From contig CALXJM010000002.1 of NCBI GenBank assembly GCA_944388625.1, forward strand, positions 1 through 42,802: a DNA stretch of 42,802 bases, written 5' to 3'. The notes beneath the pieces are model-generated. The model was not told the DNA's origin and did no database searches. It was given only the letters and a program-made list of their open reading frames with translations. Positions 9,994-20,548 of the stretch are shown here, one piece after another. Source of the stretch: an uncultured Clostridia bacterium. GTDB taxonomy: Bacteria > Bacillota > Clostridia > TANB77 > CAG-508. Numbering within the stretch: the stretch's first letter is position 1; each line of letters begins with the position of its first letter. A program made the position numbers and the translations under genes.

Positions 9994-10082
9994 GTCGAAT
10001 TAGACATACCTTAATCTTGGCTATAAGCAATCCAACTTATTGCTCAGTGTAAGGCAAATTTTATAAATATAGGAGGAAAATT
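9994..10082 (+). promoter_or_regulatory. Candidate structured rpsO 5' leader (possible S15 autoregulatory element)
   Basis: Nested helices: CCTTA (10009-10013) with TAAGG (10050-10054), enclosing AGCAAT (10026-10031) with ATTGCT (10039-10044). An alternative TTGG/CCAA pairing is possible. It ends at SD AGGAGG. S15 autoregulation through leader mimicry is known in other bacteria. Confidence 0.3.
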
Positions 10083-10346
10083 ATGACAAAGGAAAGAAAA
10101 CAAGAAATAATTCAAAACTATAGGAGAGATGAAAAAGATACAGGTTCTCCAGAAGTTCAAATTGCTCTTTTAACAGAAAGAATTAATGAATTAACAGAAC
10201 ATTTAAAAGTGCACACAAAAGATAATCATTCTAGACGTGGACTTTTAAAGATGGTAGGGAAAAGAAGAAACTTACTTAACTATCTAGCTAGAACAGATTT
10301 AGATAGTTATAGAGAAGTGGCACAAAAACTAGGATTAAGAAAATAG
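10083..10346 (+). CDS. rpsO: 30S ribosomal protein S15
   Basis: 87 aa with the typical S15 sequence ([32 protein letters not shown]). Confidence 0.96.
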   Translation: MTKERKQEIIQNYRRDEKDTGSPEVQIALLTERINELTEHLKVHTKDNHSRRGLLKMVGKRRNLLNYLARTDLDSYREVAQKLGLRK

Positions 10347-10357
10347 TCAGAAATAAA

Positions 10358-10391
10358 GGGCAGATATTAAGATAATTTCTGCCCATTTTTT
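10358..10391 (+). terminator. Intrinsic terminator/attenuator after rpsO
   Basis: GGGCAGA (10358-10364) pairs with TCTGCCC (10378-10384), followed by ATTTTTT. Confidence 0.75.
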
Positions 10392-10612
10392 GAGTGTTAA
10401 GAATATATCATAAAAAAATGGATAATTTTTCTTGAATTGATAAATGTTAACTTTATATTTTTATGATAATACATAAAAACAAGGAAATATTAATTAATAG
10501 GAATATTATTTGCTATAGAATGTAGCTTGTATTAAGATAAAAAAATTATTTTAATTTTAATAGAGGTTACTTTCAAACACAAATAATATTCTAATAGGAA
10601 TAGGAGGAATAT

Positions 10613-12715
10613 ATGTTTAAAACATTTAGTATGGAGCTTGCAGGAAGAACACTAACAGTAGAAAACGGAAAAATGGCAGAACTAGCCAACGGAAGTGTTC
10701 TTGTTAGATATGGAGATACTGCAGTGCTTGTTAATGTAACAGCTTCAAAGGAACCAAAAGAAGGTGTGGACTTTTTTCCATTATCTGTAGATTATGAAGA
10801 AAGACTTTATGCTGTTGGAAAAATCCCAGGAAGTTTTCAGAAACGAGAAGGAAAACCTTCAGAAAAAGCTATTTTAACATCAAGAGTAATTGATAGACCA
10901 ATTAGACCATTATTTCCAAAGGATTTTAGAAATGATGTATGTGTAAATTGTTTGGTACTATCTGTAGATCAAGATAACTCACCAGAGATATGTGCCATGA
11001 TTGGCGCTTCAGCAGCTTTATCTATATCTGATATTCCATTTGGAGGTCCAACAGGTTCTGTTAGTGTAGGGTATGTGGATGGAAATATTGTAATTAATCC
11101 AAACTCAAATGAAAGAGCTAAAAGCCTACTAAACTTAACTGTAGCTGGAACAAAAGATAAAATTGCTATGATTGAAGCTGGTGCATATGAAATTCCAGAT
11201 GACATAATGCTAGAAGCTATCAAACAAGCACATGTTGAGATTAAAAAAATTTGCGACTTTATTCAAAATATGAAGGATGAAATTGGAAAGCCAAAATTTG
11301 AATATAAATCTTTTGATGTAGACCAAAATATAATGGAAGAAATTACAACAAAATTTAAAGAAAGAATGTATAAAGATGTACAAGCAATAGATAAAACAGA
11401 AAGAGATGAAAATATTGAAAAATTAACAGAAGACATTATAAATTATTATATAGAAAAATATGGAGAAGAAGAAGCTGAAAATAAAAAAACAGATATTACA
11501 GAAAGTATTTACCGACTAGAAAAAAAATGTGTTAGAGAAATGATTCTAAAAGAACAAAAAAGGCCAGACGGTAGAAAAATAGACGAAATTAGACCATTAT
11601 CATGTGAAGTTGGTTTGCTTCCTAGAGCTCATGGTAGTGCACTGTTTACAAGAGGACAAACTCAGGTACTTTCAGTAGCAACTTTAGGTATGACAAGTGA
11701 AGAACAAATTCTAGATGGCCTAGATGAAGAAGAAGCAAAAAGATATATGCATCATTATAATTTCCCATCTTATAGTGTTGGAGAAGCGAGACCATCGAGG
11801 GGACCAGGAAGGCGTGAAATAGGACATGGAGCATTAGCGGAAAGAGCACTAGTACCGGTAATACCTAGTGAAGAAGAATTTCCATATGCAATTCGTGTTG
11901 TATCAGAAGTGTTAAGCTCTAATGGTTCTACTTCACAAGCTAGTATTTGCGGTAGTACACTTGCATTAATGGATGCGGGAGTTCCGATAAAGAAACCAGT
12001 AGCTGGAATTTCAACAGGGCTTGTAACAGATAGTGAAAATCCGGATAATTATATAATGCTTACAGATATACAGGGACTTGAAGACTTTTTTGGAGACATG
12101 GACTTTAAAGTGGCTGGAACTAAAGATGGAATAACAGCCATTCAAGTAGATATTAAAGTAGATGGGCTAACATATAATATTATTGAAGAGGCTTTTGCTA
12201 GAACAAAAAAAGCAAGAAAATATATTTTAGATGAAATTATGCTAAAACAAATTGAAAAACCAAGAGCAGAAGTTTCAAAATATGCCCCAAGAATTATAAA
12301 TATGACAATTAATCCAGAAAAAATAAGAGATGTTATTGGAACAGGTGGAAAAGTAATAAATAAAATTATTGCTGAAACAGGAGTAAAAATGGACATTGAA
12401 GATGATGGAAGGGTATTTATTTATTCTTCAGATTTAGAAGGAGCAGAAAAAGCAAGAAAAATTGTAGAAGAAATTACAAGAGAAATTGAAGTAGGGCATG
12501 TTTACGAAGGAACTGTTAGCAGAATTGCAACATTTGGAGCTTTTATCGATTTGGGAGGAGACAAAGAAGGACTTCTTCATATCTCTAAAATTTCAAAACA
12601 AAGAATTGGAAAAGTAGAAGATGTTTTAAAAATAGGCGATAAAGTAAAGGTAAAAGTATATGAAATTGATTCTCAAAACAGAATTAATTTAACATGTATT
12701 GACATAGATGAATAA
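10613..12715 (+). CDS. pnp: Polyribonucleotide nucleotidyltransferase (PNPase)
   Basis: 700 aa. Two RNase PH domains followed by C-terminal KH ([11 protein letters not shown]) and S1 ([18 protein letters not shown]) domains. rpsO-pnp synteny supports the call. Confidence 0.96.
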   Translation: MFKTFSMELAGRTLTVENGKMAELANGSVLVRYGDTAVLVNVTASKEPKEGVDFFPLSVDYEERLYAVGKIPGSFQKREGKPSEKAILTSRVIDRPIRPLFPKDFRNDVCVNCLVLSVDQDNSPEICAMIGASAALSISDIPFGGPTGSVSVGYVDGNIVINPNSNERAKSLLNLTVAGTKDKIAMIEAGAYEIPDDIMLEAIKQAHVEIKKICDFIQNMKDEIGKPKFEYKSFDVDQNIMEEITTKFKERMYKDVQAIDKTERDENIEKLTEDIINYYIEKYGEEEAENKKTDITESIYRLEKKCVREMILKEQKRPDGRKIDEIRPLSCEVGLLPRAHGSALFTRGQTQVLSVATLGMTSEEQILDGLDEEEAKRYMHHYNFPSYSVGEARPSRGPGRREIGHGALAERALVPVIPSEEEFPYAIRVVSEVLSSNGSTSQASICGSTLALMDAGVPIKKPVAGISTGLVTDSENPDNYIMLTDIQGLEDFFGDMDFKVAGTKDGITAIQVDIKVDGLTYNIIEEAFARTKKARKYILDEIMLKQIEKPRAEVSKYAPRIINMTINPEKIRDVIGTGGKVINKIIAETGVKMDIEDDGRVFIYSSDLEGAEKARKIVEEITREIEVGHVYEGTVSRIATFGAFIDLGGDKEGLLHISKISKQRIGKVEDVLKIGDKVKVKVYEIDSQNRINLTCIDIDE

Positions 12716-12784
12716 GTAGGTATATAATGCATATACATGCAATAAGAAAAAATAATAAGTAATAAAAAAGAATGGAGTAAAAAA

Positions 12785-14014
12785 ATGAAATATTTGTATA
12801 TTTTACAACAATCTCTAGTGTGGCTAATTACTATTTTTTGGCTATATCAAATTATGATTAGTGTATGCTCTTTAATTAAATTAAAAGATAAGCCAATGCT
12901 AAAAAATAAAAAACATAAATTTATGGCTATTATACCAGCACATAACGAAGAAAGTGTTGTAAAAAATTTAATTGAAAGTTTGAAAAAACAAGATTATCCA
13001 GCAGAATTGTTAGATATTTATGTTATTGCAGATAATTGTACAGATGCAACAGCTACGATTGCAAGAGAGGCTGGAGCAATTGTATATGAGAGATTTGATG
13101 AAGCACATAAAACAAAAGGATATGCTATGCAATGGTTTCTAAACAAAAAAATAGAAGAAAATGCAGATTATGATGCATTTTGCGTATTTGATGCAGACAA
13201 TATTGTAGATGTTAATTTTATTAAAAATATGAACAAAAAATTATGCCAAGGAGAGACAGTTGTTCAAGGATATAGAGATATAAAAAATCCAAATGACACC
13301 TGGATTACAGCAGGATATGCTATTTTTTACTGGACTATGAACCGCTTTTATCATCTTGCTAGATATAACTTAGGATTGTCACCACTAATTAATGGTACTG
13401 GCTTCATGGTAAGATTTGACATAATAAAGCCAGAAGGATGGAATACACAAACTCTTACAGAAGATATCGAATTCTCATTAAAAAATATTATTAAAGGAAA
13501 CAAACTTGGATGGGCTGTAGATGCTAAAGTATATGATGAGCAACCATTGGGATTTAAACAATCTTGGAAACAAAGAAGCAGATGGACAGTAGGACATATA
13601 CAATGTTTGCAAACATACACTAAGCCATTAGCACTAGCAGTGAAAGAACATAAAACTTTAATGAATTTTGATGGATTACTCTATATAGTAGGTAGTATAC
13701 CTATGTTTATAGCTACTATTGTTTTATTACTTACCAATATGTTTATTTACATTGGAAATGGAATGACAAATACAGAATTATTTATGAATTATATAAGATA
13801 TCTAGTGCCAACATTTCTATTACCAATTGCAACAGCGGTTCTTATAATGAAGTTAGACAGAAGACCAATCAAACCTATGATAAAAGGACTAATATGCTAT
13901 CCATTATTTTTAGGCTCATGGCTTGCTATTAACTTTAAATGCTTATTTAAGCGTGATACAAAATGGGAAAAAATTAACCATGTAAGAGATGTAAAAATAA
14001 ATGAAATTGCATAA
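12785..14014 (+). CDS. Membrane-embedded family 2 glycosyltransferase, processive-synthase-like
   Basis: 409 aa. N-terminal TM segment, GT-A core with DADN and TED motifs and a Q-R-S-R-W (QxxRW) motif, then ~4 C-terminal TM segments. Confidence 0.75.
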   Translation: MKYLYILQQSLVWLITIFWLYQIMISVCSLIKLKDKPMLKNKKHKFMAIIPAHNEESVVKNLIESLKKQDYPAELLDIYVIADNCTDATATIAREAGAIVYERFDEAHKTKGYAMQWFLNKKIEENADYDAFCVFDADNIVDVNFIKNMNKKLCQGETVVQGYRDIKNPNDTWITAGYAIFYWTMNRFYHLARYNLGLSPLINGTGFMVRFDIIKPEGWNTQTLTEDIEFSLKNIIKGNKLGWAVDAKVYDEQPLGFKQSWKQRSRWTVGHIQCLQTYTKPLALAVKEHKTLMNFDGLLYIVGSIPMFIATIVLLLTNMFIYIGNGMTNTELFMNYIRYLVPTFLLPIATAVLIMKLDRRPIKPMIKGLICYPLFLGSWLAINFKCLFKRDTKWEKINHVRDVKINEIA

Positions 14015-14040
14015 AGATAAAAATGATATATTTATTTATA

Positions 14041-14073
14041 AAAACTAACCATTTTAAAATGGTTAGTTTTTTT
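14041..14073 (+). terminator. Intrinsic terminator (perfect 30-nt palindrome)
   Basis: AAAACTAACCATTTTAAAATGGTTAGTTTT forms a ~13-bp stem and continues into TTTG. The A-tract/T-tract symmetry would allow bidirectional function. Confidence 0.8.
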
Positions 14074-14105
14074 GTATATCAATTTAACATAAATATTTAA
14101 ATCGC

Positions 14106-14134
14106 TTGAAAAAAATGTCAAATTATAATAGAAT
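14106..14134 (+). promoter_or_regulatory. Candidate miaB promoter
   Basis: TTGAAA (14106-14111), 17 nt, TAGAAT (14129-14134). Confidence 0.4.
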
Positions 14135-14158
14135 AGTACAAGAAATGGAGGAATTAAG

Positions 14159-15556
14159 TTGACAAGTGGAGATATAAAATTACAAAAAGAATATATACAA
14201 AAAATAAAAGAATATATTATAGAAAAAAACAGACCATTTTATTATTACATTCTTACTATGGGTTGCCAATTAAATGAAAATGATTCAGAAAAAATTTGTG
14301 GAATGCTAGAACAAATGGGATATCAAAAGACTGATAATACTAATATTGCAAACCTTATTTTATTTAATACATGTTGCGTTAGGGAAAATGCAGAAGAAAA
14401 GCTTTTCGGAAAATTAGGAGAAAGCAAAGAACAAAAGAAAAAAAATGGAACCATTATAGCTATTGGAGGTTGCATGATGCAAGAACCGCATATAGTGGAA
14501 AAAATTAATAAAAGCTATCCATATGTAGATATTATTTTTGGAACACATACTCTAAATAAATTGCCAGAAGATTTGTATGAAGCTATTTTAAAAAAAGCGA
14601 CTGTAAGAGATATTTTAGATATAGAAGGAGAAGTACACGAAGGAATACCGATAAAAAGAAATGACTTAAAAAAAGCTTCTGTTACTATAATGTATGGATG
14701 TAATAATTTTTGTAGTTACTGTATTGTTCCATATGTTCGTGGTAGAGAAAGAAGCAGAAAAGAAGAAGACATTTTAAGGGAAGTACGAGAACTTGCAGAA
14801 AAAGGATATAAAGAGATAACACTACTTGGACAAAATGTTAATTCATATATGAAAGAGGAAAACAAGAAGACTCATAGTACTATTACTTTTGCGAGTTTAC
14901 TTAGAAAAATCAATAAAATTGATGGAATTGAAAGAATTCGATTTGTATCCCCTCATCCAAAAGATTTTACTGATGATGTTATAGAAGCTATTAGGGATTG
15001 TGAAAAAGTATGCAAAATTATTCATCTACCACTACAATCCGGAAGTACAGAAATATTAAAAAAAATGAATCGAAAATATACAAAAGAACAATATTTACAT
15101 TTGGCAGAGAAAATGAAAAAAGAAATTCCTGATGTTGTATTTTCTACAGATATTATTGTTGGATTTCCGGGAGAAACAGAAGAGGATTTTGAAGACACAT
15201 TAGACGTAGTAAGAAAACTTCATTTTGAACAAGTATTTATGTTCATTTATTCAAGAAGAAAAGGAACAATTGCTGATAAGATGGAAAATCAAATTCCAGA
15301 AGAAACAAAGCATGAACGTTTTGAAAGACTAAAAAAATTAGTAGAAAGCCAAATTCAAGAAAACAATGAAAAATATGTAGGCACAATACAAAAAGTATTT
15401 GTGGAAGGTATTAGTAAAAACAATCCAGAAAAAATGACAGGAAGAACTGAAACAAATAAAGTAGTCATATTTGATGGAAATGAAAAACAAATAGGTACTA
15501 TTATTAATTTAAAGATAGTTTCAGAACATATGTGGTACTTAAAAGGAGAAACATAA
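14159..15556 (+). CDS. miaB: tRNA-i6A37 methylthiotransferase MiaB
   Basis: 465 aa with a TTG start after GGAGG. N-terminal MTTase cluster (TMGCQLNENDSE...NTCCVRE), radical-SAM CNNFCSYCIVP, and a C-terminal TRAM domain. Confidence 0.9.
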   Translation: MTSGDIKLQKEYIQKIKEYIIEKNRPFYYYILTMGCQLNENDSEKICGMLEQMGYQKTDNTNIANLILFNTCCVRENAEEKLFGKLGESKEQKKKNGTIIAIGGCMMQEPHIVEKINKSYPYVDIIFGTHTLNKLPEDLYEAILKKATVRDILDIEGEVHEGIPIKRNDLKKASVTIMYGCNNFCSYCIVPYVRGRERSRKEEDILREVRELAEKGYKEITLLGQNVNSYMKEENKKTHSTITFASLLRKINKIDGIERIRFVSPHPKDFTDDVIEAIRDCEKVCKIIHLPLQSGSTEILKKMNRKYTKEQYLHLAEKMKKEIPDVVFSTDIIVGFPGETEEDFEDTLDVVRKLHFEQVFMFIYSRRKGTIADKMENQIPEETKHERFERLKKLVESQIQENNEKYVGTIQKVFVEGISKNNPEKMTGRTETNKVVIFDGNEKQIGTIINLKIVSEHMWYLKGET

Positions 15557-15604
15557 AAAGATAATGAAAATTGAATAAAAAGAAAAACAAGGGAGGAAAA
15601 AATT

Positions 15605-18206
15605 ATGGCAGAATTTTCGCCAATGATGCAACATTATTTAAAAACTAAAGAACAATATCAAGATTGTTTACTGTTTTATCGTTTAGGAGATTTTTATGAA
15701 ATGTTTTTTGATGATGCAATTACAGCATCAAGAGAATTAGAAATAACTTTAACAGGAAAAGAATGTGGACAAGAGGAAAGAGCTCCTATGTGTGGAGTTC
15801 CATATCATGCAGCAGAAACATATATTGCAAGATTAATTGGAAAAGGTTATAAAGTAGCAATTTGTGAGCAACTAGAAGATCCAAAAACGGCAAAGGGAAT
15901 TGTAAAAAGAGACGTTGTTAGAGTAGTTACACCTGGAACCGTTATAGAAAGTAATATGCTAGATGAAAAGAAAAACAATTATATTATGGCAATTTATAAA
16001 ATGGGACTTTATTTTGGATTAGCTGCTTGTGATGTATCTACTGGAGATTTTATGGCAACACAGATAAAAGAAGAAAATAATTTTGCAAAATTATTAGATG
16101 AATTAGCAAGATTTTCACCAGCAGAAATTGTAGTAAATGAATTACTATTTAATTCACAAGAAGAAATGAACAAAATAAGAGAAAGATTTAGTGTTTATAT
16201 TACTAAACAATCTGATAATGCTTTTAAACAAGAAACAGAAAAATTATTAAGTAATTATAAAGTGATAGATAATAAAGGAGATGAAATTACTAACGTACAA
16301 GAACAATTACTTACTATTACAGCTATTAATGGCTTGCTAGAATATTTAAATGAAACACAAAAAATAAAATTAGAACATATTAATCGTATTCAAGTTTATA
16401 AAACAACTAAATATATGGCTTTGGATGTAAATGCAAGAAGAAATTTAGAAATTACAGAACGTATGAGAGATAAAGGAAAAAAAGGAACCTTGCTATGGGT
16501 ATTAGATAAGACTGCTACATCTATGGGAGGACGCCATTTAAGAAGATGGCTAAACGATCCGCTAATTGATGTGGCGGAAATTAATAAAAGATTAGAAGCT
16601 GTAAAAGAGTTAAAAGAAAATCTTATATTAAGAGGCGATATAATTACAGCTTTAAAGAAAATTTATGATATAGAACGATTAGTTCGGAAAAATTGCTTAT
16701 GGAAATGCAAATGGAAGAGATATGATTTCACTCAAGAATTCATTAAAACAATTGCCAGAAATAAAAAAACTGCTAAGTGAAACCAAATCTAAATTATTGC
16801 AAGAATTATATAATGGATTAGATGAGTTAAAAGATGTTTGTGAATTAATTGAAAAATCAATCATAGAAGAACCACCACTTACTATAAAAGAAGGAGGACT
16901 TATTAAACTTGGTTATAATGAAGAAGTTGACAAACTAAAAAAGGCAACTACTGAAGGAAAACAGTGGATTATTGACATAGAAACAAAAGAAAAAGAAAAA
17001 ACAGGAATTAAGAATTTAAAAATTGGTTACACAAAAGTTTTTGGATATTATTTAGAAGTAACTAAATCAAATTATGATTTGGTACCAGATTATTACATAC
17101 GAAAGCAAACACTAACAAATTGTGAACGATTTGTAACAGAAGAACTAAAAAACATAGAAGACGAAATTTTAGGAGCAGAAGAAAGAATTGTTACATTAGA
17201 ATATGAAACTTTTATAGATATAAGAAATAAAATTGCAAGTCAAATACAAAGATTACAAGAGACTGCAACTCAAGTCTCTACTTTAGATGTAATTACCTCA
17301 TTTGCAATTGTAGCAGAAGATTTAAATTATGTTATGCCAATTGTAGATGAAGGAGATGAAATTAACATAAAAGACGGAAGGCATCCGGTTATTGAAAAAA
17401 TGATACCAGCAGGAAGCTTTGTGCAAAATGATACATATTTAAATCAGAGGGAAGACAGATTGTCAATTATCACAGGTCCAAATATGGCTGGAAAATCTAC
17501 TTATATGAGACAAGTCGCACTTATTACTTTAATGGCACAAATAGGTAGTTTTGTTCCTGCAAGTTATGCCAAAATTGGAGTGGTAGATAAAATCTTTACA
17601 AGAGTGGGAGCTTCCGACGATTTAGGGATGGGACAAAGCACTTTTATGGTAGAAATGATGGAAGTAGCTACTATTCTAAAGGAAGCAACAAATAAAAGTT
17701 TAATTATTTTAGATGAAATAGGAAGAGGAACATCTACCTATGATGGGCTATCTATTGCTTGGGCAGTTGCCGAATATATAGATAATAAAGAAAAATGTGG
17801 AGCTAAAACATTGTTTGCAACTCATTACCATGAACTTACAAAACTAGAAGAAAAACTAGAGGGAGTAAAAAACTATTCAATTGCCGTAAAAGAAAAAGGT
17901 GAAGATATTATTTTCTTAAGAAAAATTGTCAAAGGTGGTACAGATGAAAGCTATGGAATTCACGTGGCAAAACTTGCAGGAGTGCCACAAACAGTAGTAA
18001 ATAGAGCGAATGAAATATTAAAAACATTAGAAAGAAATGTAACAATAAAAGCAAAAGAAGAAAAAAAGATTGTAGCTGGTCAATTAGATATGTATAACTA
18101 TAAATTAGCTGAAATCGCACATGAAATTGATAAAATAGATTTAAATCAAGTAACACCAATCGATGCATTAAATATTCTTATAAAAATAAAAAATAAAATG
18201 AAATAG
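15605..18206 (+). pseudogene. mutS: DNA mismatch repair protein MutS, interrupted by a +1 frame disruption
   Basis: Two overlapping ORFs (15605-16780 and 16722-18206). The second frame is open from 16683 and reads GKIAYGNANGRDMISLKNSL, continuing the MutS sequence after ...IYDIERLV in the first frame. The C-terminal part has Walker A GPNMAGKST and DEIGRGTST. The combined length of ~866 aa equals a full-length MutS. Confidence 0.85.
16683..16686 (+). other. Site of the mutS frame disruption (apparent extra base, e.g. C at 16685)
   Basis: The downstream frame has TAG at 16680-16682 and the correct continuation starts at GGA 16686. The upstream frame is correct through GTT 16682-16684. Removing one base restores ERLVGKIAYGNANGRD. 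Confidence 0.7.
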
Positions 18207-18338
18207 AAATTTTGTAAAAAACTCTATAAAAATATATAAAAGCCATATTAAGAAAAAATTAATATTTTTCAAAAAACTATTCCTATTTTAGATGTTTATA
18301 TGATAGAATAATAAAAAAGAAAAAAGGAGTGAAAGACT

Positions 18339-19046
18339 TTGCCTAATTTAGCATATAAGCGAATTCTACTAAAACTTAGTGGAGAAGCTTTAGCAGGAGA
18401 AAAAGGAACAGGAATTAATGCAGATACTTTAGGGAAAATTTGTGATAACATTAAAGCAGTTAGTGATTTAGGAGTAGAAATAGCAATAGTTGTAGGAGGA
18501 GGAAACTTTTGGAGAGGAAGATATGGTCACCAAATGGAAAGAACTACATCAGACTATATGGGAATGCTAGCAACGACCATTAATGCTCTAGCTTTACAAG
18601 ATGCATTAGAAGCAAGAGGAATCTATACAAGAGTTCAAACTGCTATAGAAATGCGAGAAATTGCAGAACCATTTATTAAAAGAAAAGCTATTAAACATCT
18701 AAACGAAAAAAGAATTGTTATTTTTGCATGTGGAACAGGAAATCCATATTTTACAACAGATACGGCAGGAGCACTAAGAGCAGCAGAAGTAGAAGCAGAT
18801 GTGATTTTGCTTGCTAAAACTATTGATGGAGTGTATTCTGCTGACCCAAAAGTAGACAGTAAAGCAGTAAAATACGATGAAATTACATATTTAGATATAT
18901 TAAATAAAGATTTAAAAGTAATGGACTCAACCGCAACTTCTCTTTGCAAAGATAATAAAATTCCATTAATCGTATTTGGAATTGATAAACCAGAAAACAT
19001 GATAAAAATTGTGCAAGGAGAAAAAATAGGAACCATTGTTAAATAA
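18339..19046 (+). CDS. pyrH: UMP kinase
   Basis: 235 aa with a TTG start 9 nt after AAGGAG. Motifs [12 protein letters not shown] and [10 protein letters not shown]. Confidence 0.94.
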   Translation: MPNLAYKRILLKLSGEALAGEKGTGINADTLGKICDNIKAVSDLGVEIAIVVGGGNFWRGRYGHQMERTTSDYMGMLATTINALALQDALEARGIYTRVQTAIEMREIAEPFIKRKAIKHLNEKRIVIFACGTGNPYFTTDTAGALRAAEVEADVILLAKTIDGVYSADPKVDSKAVKYDEITYLDILNKDLKVMDSTATSLCKDNKIPLIVFGIDKPENMIKIVQGEKIGTIVK

Positions 19047-19063
19047 TTAAAGGAGAGATAAGA

Positions 19064-19615
19064 ATGTCAAATTATAATCATATTGAAGAAAAAATGAATA
19101 AAACTATTAGTGTTTTAGAAGAAAATTTAGCAGAAATTAGAGCAGGAAGAGCAAATCCAGCAATTTTAAATAAAATTAAAGTAGATTATTATGGAGTACC
19201 AACTCCAATCAACCAAGTGGCTGGAATTTCAGTACCAGAAGCTAGAATGATTGTTATACAGCCATGGGATGCTAGTATATTAAAAGAAATAGAAAAAGAA
19301 ATTTTAAAATCAGATATAGGAATTAACCCAAATAATGATGGAAAAGTAATTCGTCTTAACTTTCCAGAATTAAACGAAGAAAGAAGAAAAGAAATCGTAA
19401 AAGATGTAAAGAAGATGGGAGAAGAATCTAAAGTGTCTATTCGTTCAATTAGAAGAGAAGGATTAGACGAATTTAAAGCGATGCAAAAAAATAGTAGTAT
19501 TACAGAAGATGAATTAAGAACAGCAGAAGATGAAATTCAAAAAATCACTGACAAAAAAGTAGAACAAATTGACAAAATAATAGAAGCAAAAGAAAAAGAA
19601 ATTATGAGTTTATAA
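19064..19615 (+). CDS. frr: Ribosome recycling factor
   Basis: 183 aa with the typical RRF sequence (RAGRANPAILN...V.YYG..TP..Q.A....PE.R). pyrH-frr synteny supports the call. Confidence 0.95.
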   Translation: MSNYNHIEEKMNKTISVLEENLAEIRAGRANPAILNKIKVDYYGVPTPINQVAGISVPEARMIVIQPWDASILKEIEKEILKSDIGINPNNDGKVIRLNFPELNEERRKEIVKDVKKMGEESKVSIRSIRREGLDEFKAMQKNSSITEDELRTAEDEIQKITDKKVEQIDKIIEAKEKEIMSL

Positions 19616-19652
19616 ATAATATTTTCCTAAAGGATATAAGTTGGAGGGGAAA

Positions 19653-20528
19653 ATGGACTTTAAACAAGAATTAAAAAAATATGCTAAAATCATAAACGAA
19701 GAGTTAATAAAATACGTCAGAACAAAAGATTGCCCGGAAGGTATATTAAATGCTTCTATGGAATATAGTCTAATGGCAGAAGGAAAAAGATTAAGACCAA
19801 TTCTTGTTTTAAAAACATATCAATTATTTAAAGATGATTATCAAGTTGCAATGCCATATGCTATAGCAATGGAAATGGTTCACAATTTTTCTTTAATACA
19901 TGACGATTTACCAGCTATAGACAATGATGACTTCCGAAGAGGACGCCTTACAAATCATAAAAAATTTGATGAAAGTACAGCTATTTTGGCGGGAGATGCA
20001 TTACTTAATAATGCATATATGTTAATATCCAAAGATTTATTAACTTTAAACGAAAAAAAGACACAGGCTTTTTATGAATTTACAAATGCAGTTGATCGAA
20101 TGATTATAGGAGAGTATGTAGACACTGAGTTTGAAGGAAAAGAAATTTCAAAAGAATATTTAGAATATATGCATCAAAATAAAACAGGAGCTTTAATTAA
20201 AGCATCTATTCGAATAGGAGCTATTCTTGCAGGAGCAGATAAAGAGAGTACAGCTAGACTTACAAATTATGCAGAAAAAATTGGATTAGCATTTCAAATA
20301 AAGGATGATATTCTATCAGAAACTGGAGATGAAAAAGTTTTAGGGAAACCAGTAGGAAATGATAGACAAAAAGGCAAATGTACGTTTGTTACCAAATATG
20401 GTATAGAAAAAGCAAAAGAAATGTTAGCAGAAGTTACCAAAGAAGCAGTAGAACAAGCAAAGTTCTTTGGGGATAATGGAGAATTTTTGAAAGAACTAGC
20501 TTTATATATTGAGTACAGGCAAAAATAA
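19653..20528 (+). CDS. Polyprenyl (farnesyl/geranylgeranyl) diphosphate synthase
   Basis: First Asp-rich motif DDLPAIDNDDFRRG, second Asp-rich region KDDILS, and the GK motif. ATG 19653 lies 5 nt after GGAGG. The ORF track begins at TTG 19641. Confidence 0.85.
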   Translation: MDFKQELKKYAKIINEELIKYVRTKDCPEGILNASMEYSLMAEGKRLRPILVLKTYQLFKDDYQVAMPYAIAMEMVHNFSLIHDDLPAIDNDDFRRGRLTNHKKFDESTAILAGDALLNNAYMLISKDLLTLNEKKTQAFYEFTNAVDRMIIGEYVDTEFEGKEISKEYLEYMHQNKTGALIKASIRIGAILAGADKESTARLTNYAEKIGLAFQIKDDILSETGDEKVLGKPVGNDRQKGKCTFVTKYGIEKAKEMLAEVTKEAVEQAKFFGDNGEFLKELALYIEYRQK

Positions 20529-20548
20529 ATACAAGGGGAATGAGTTAA

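Noticed and set aside
10495-10602. 11-nt direct repeat TAATAGGAATA (10495-10505 and 10592-10602) in the rpsO-pnp intergenic region.
   Set aside because: The second copy overlaps the pnp SD. A single repeat pair of low-complexity AT-rich sequence, with no associated structure, is plausibly chance.
16680-16690. Programmed +1 ribosomal frameshift in mutS (rare CGG codon in the A site after GTT).
   Set aside because: The P-site tRNA-Val would have to re-pair from GUU to UUC, which is very poor pairing. There is no upstream SD-like stimulator or in-frame stop as in prfB. A mutation or consensus error is the simpler explanation.
18635-19036. 133-aa antisense ORF within pyrH. Similar antisense ORFs occur at 36020-36391, 9467-9781, 26260-26568, 29574-29849 and elsewhere in the track.
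   Set aside because: All lie opposite well-supported genes and have hydrophobic or low-complexity translations typical of the reverse frame of AT-rich coding DNA. None has an SD or a recognisable motif.
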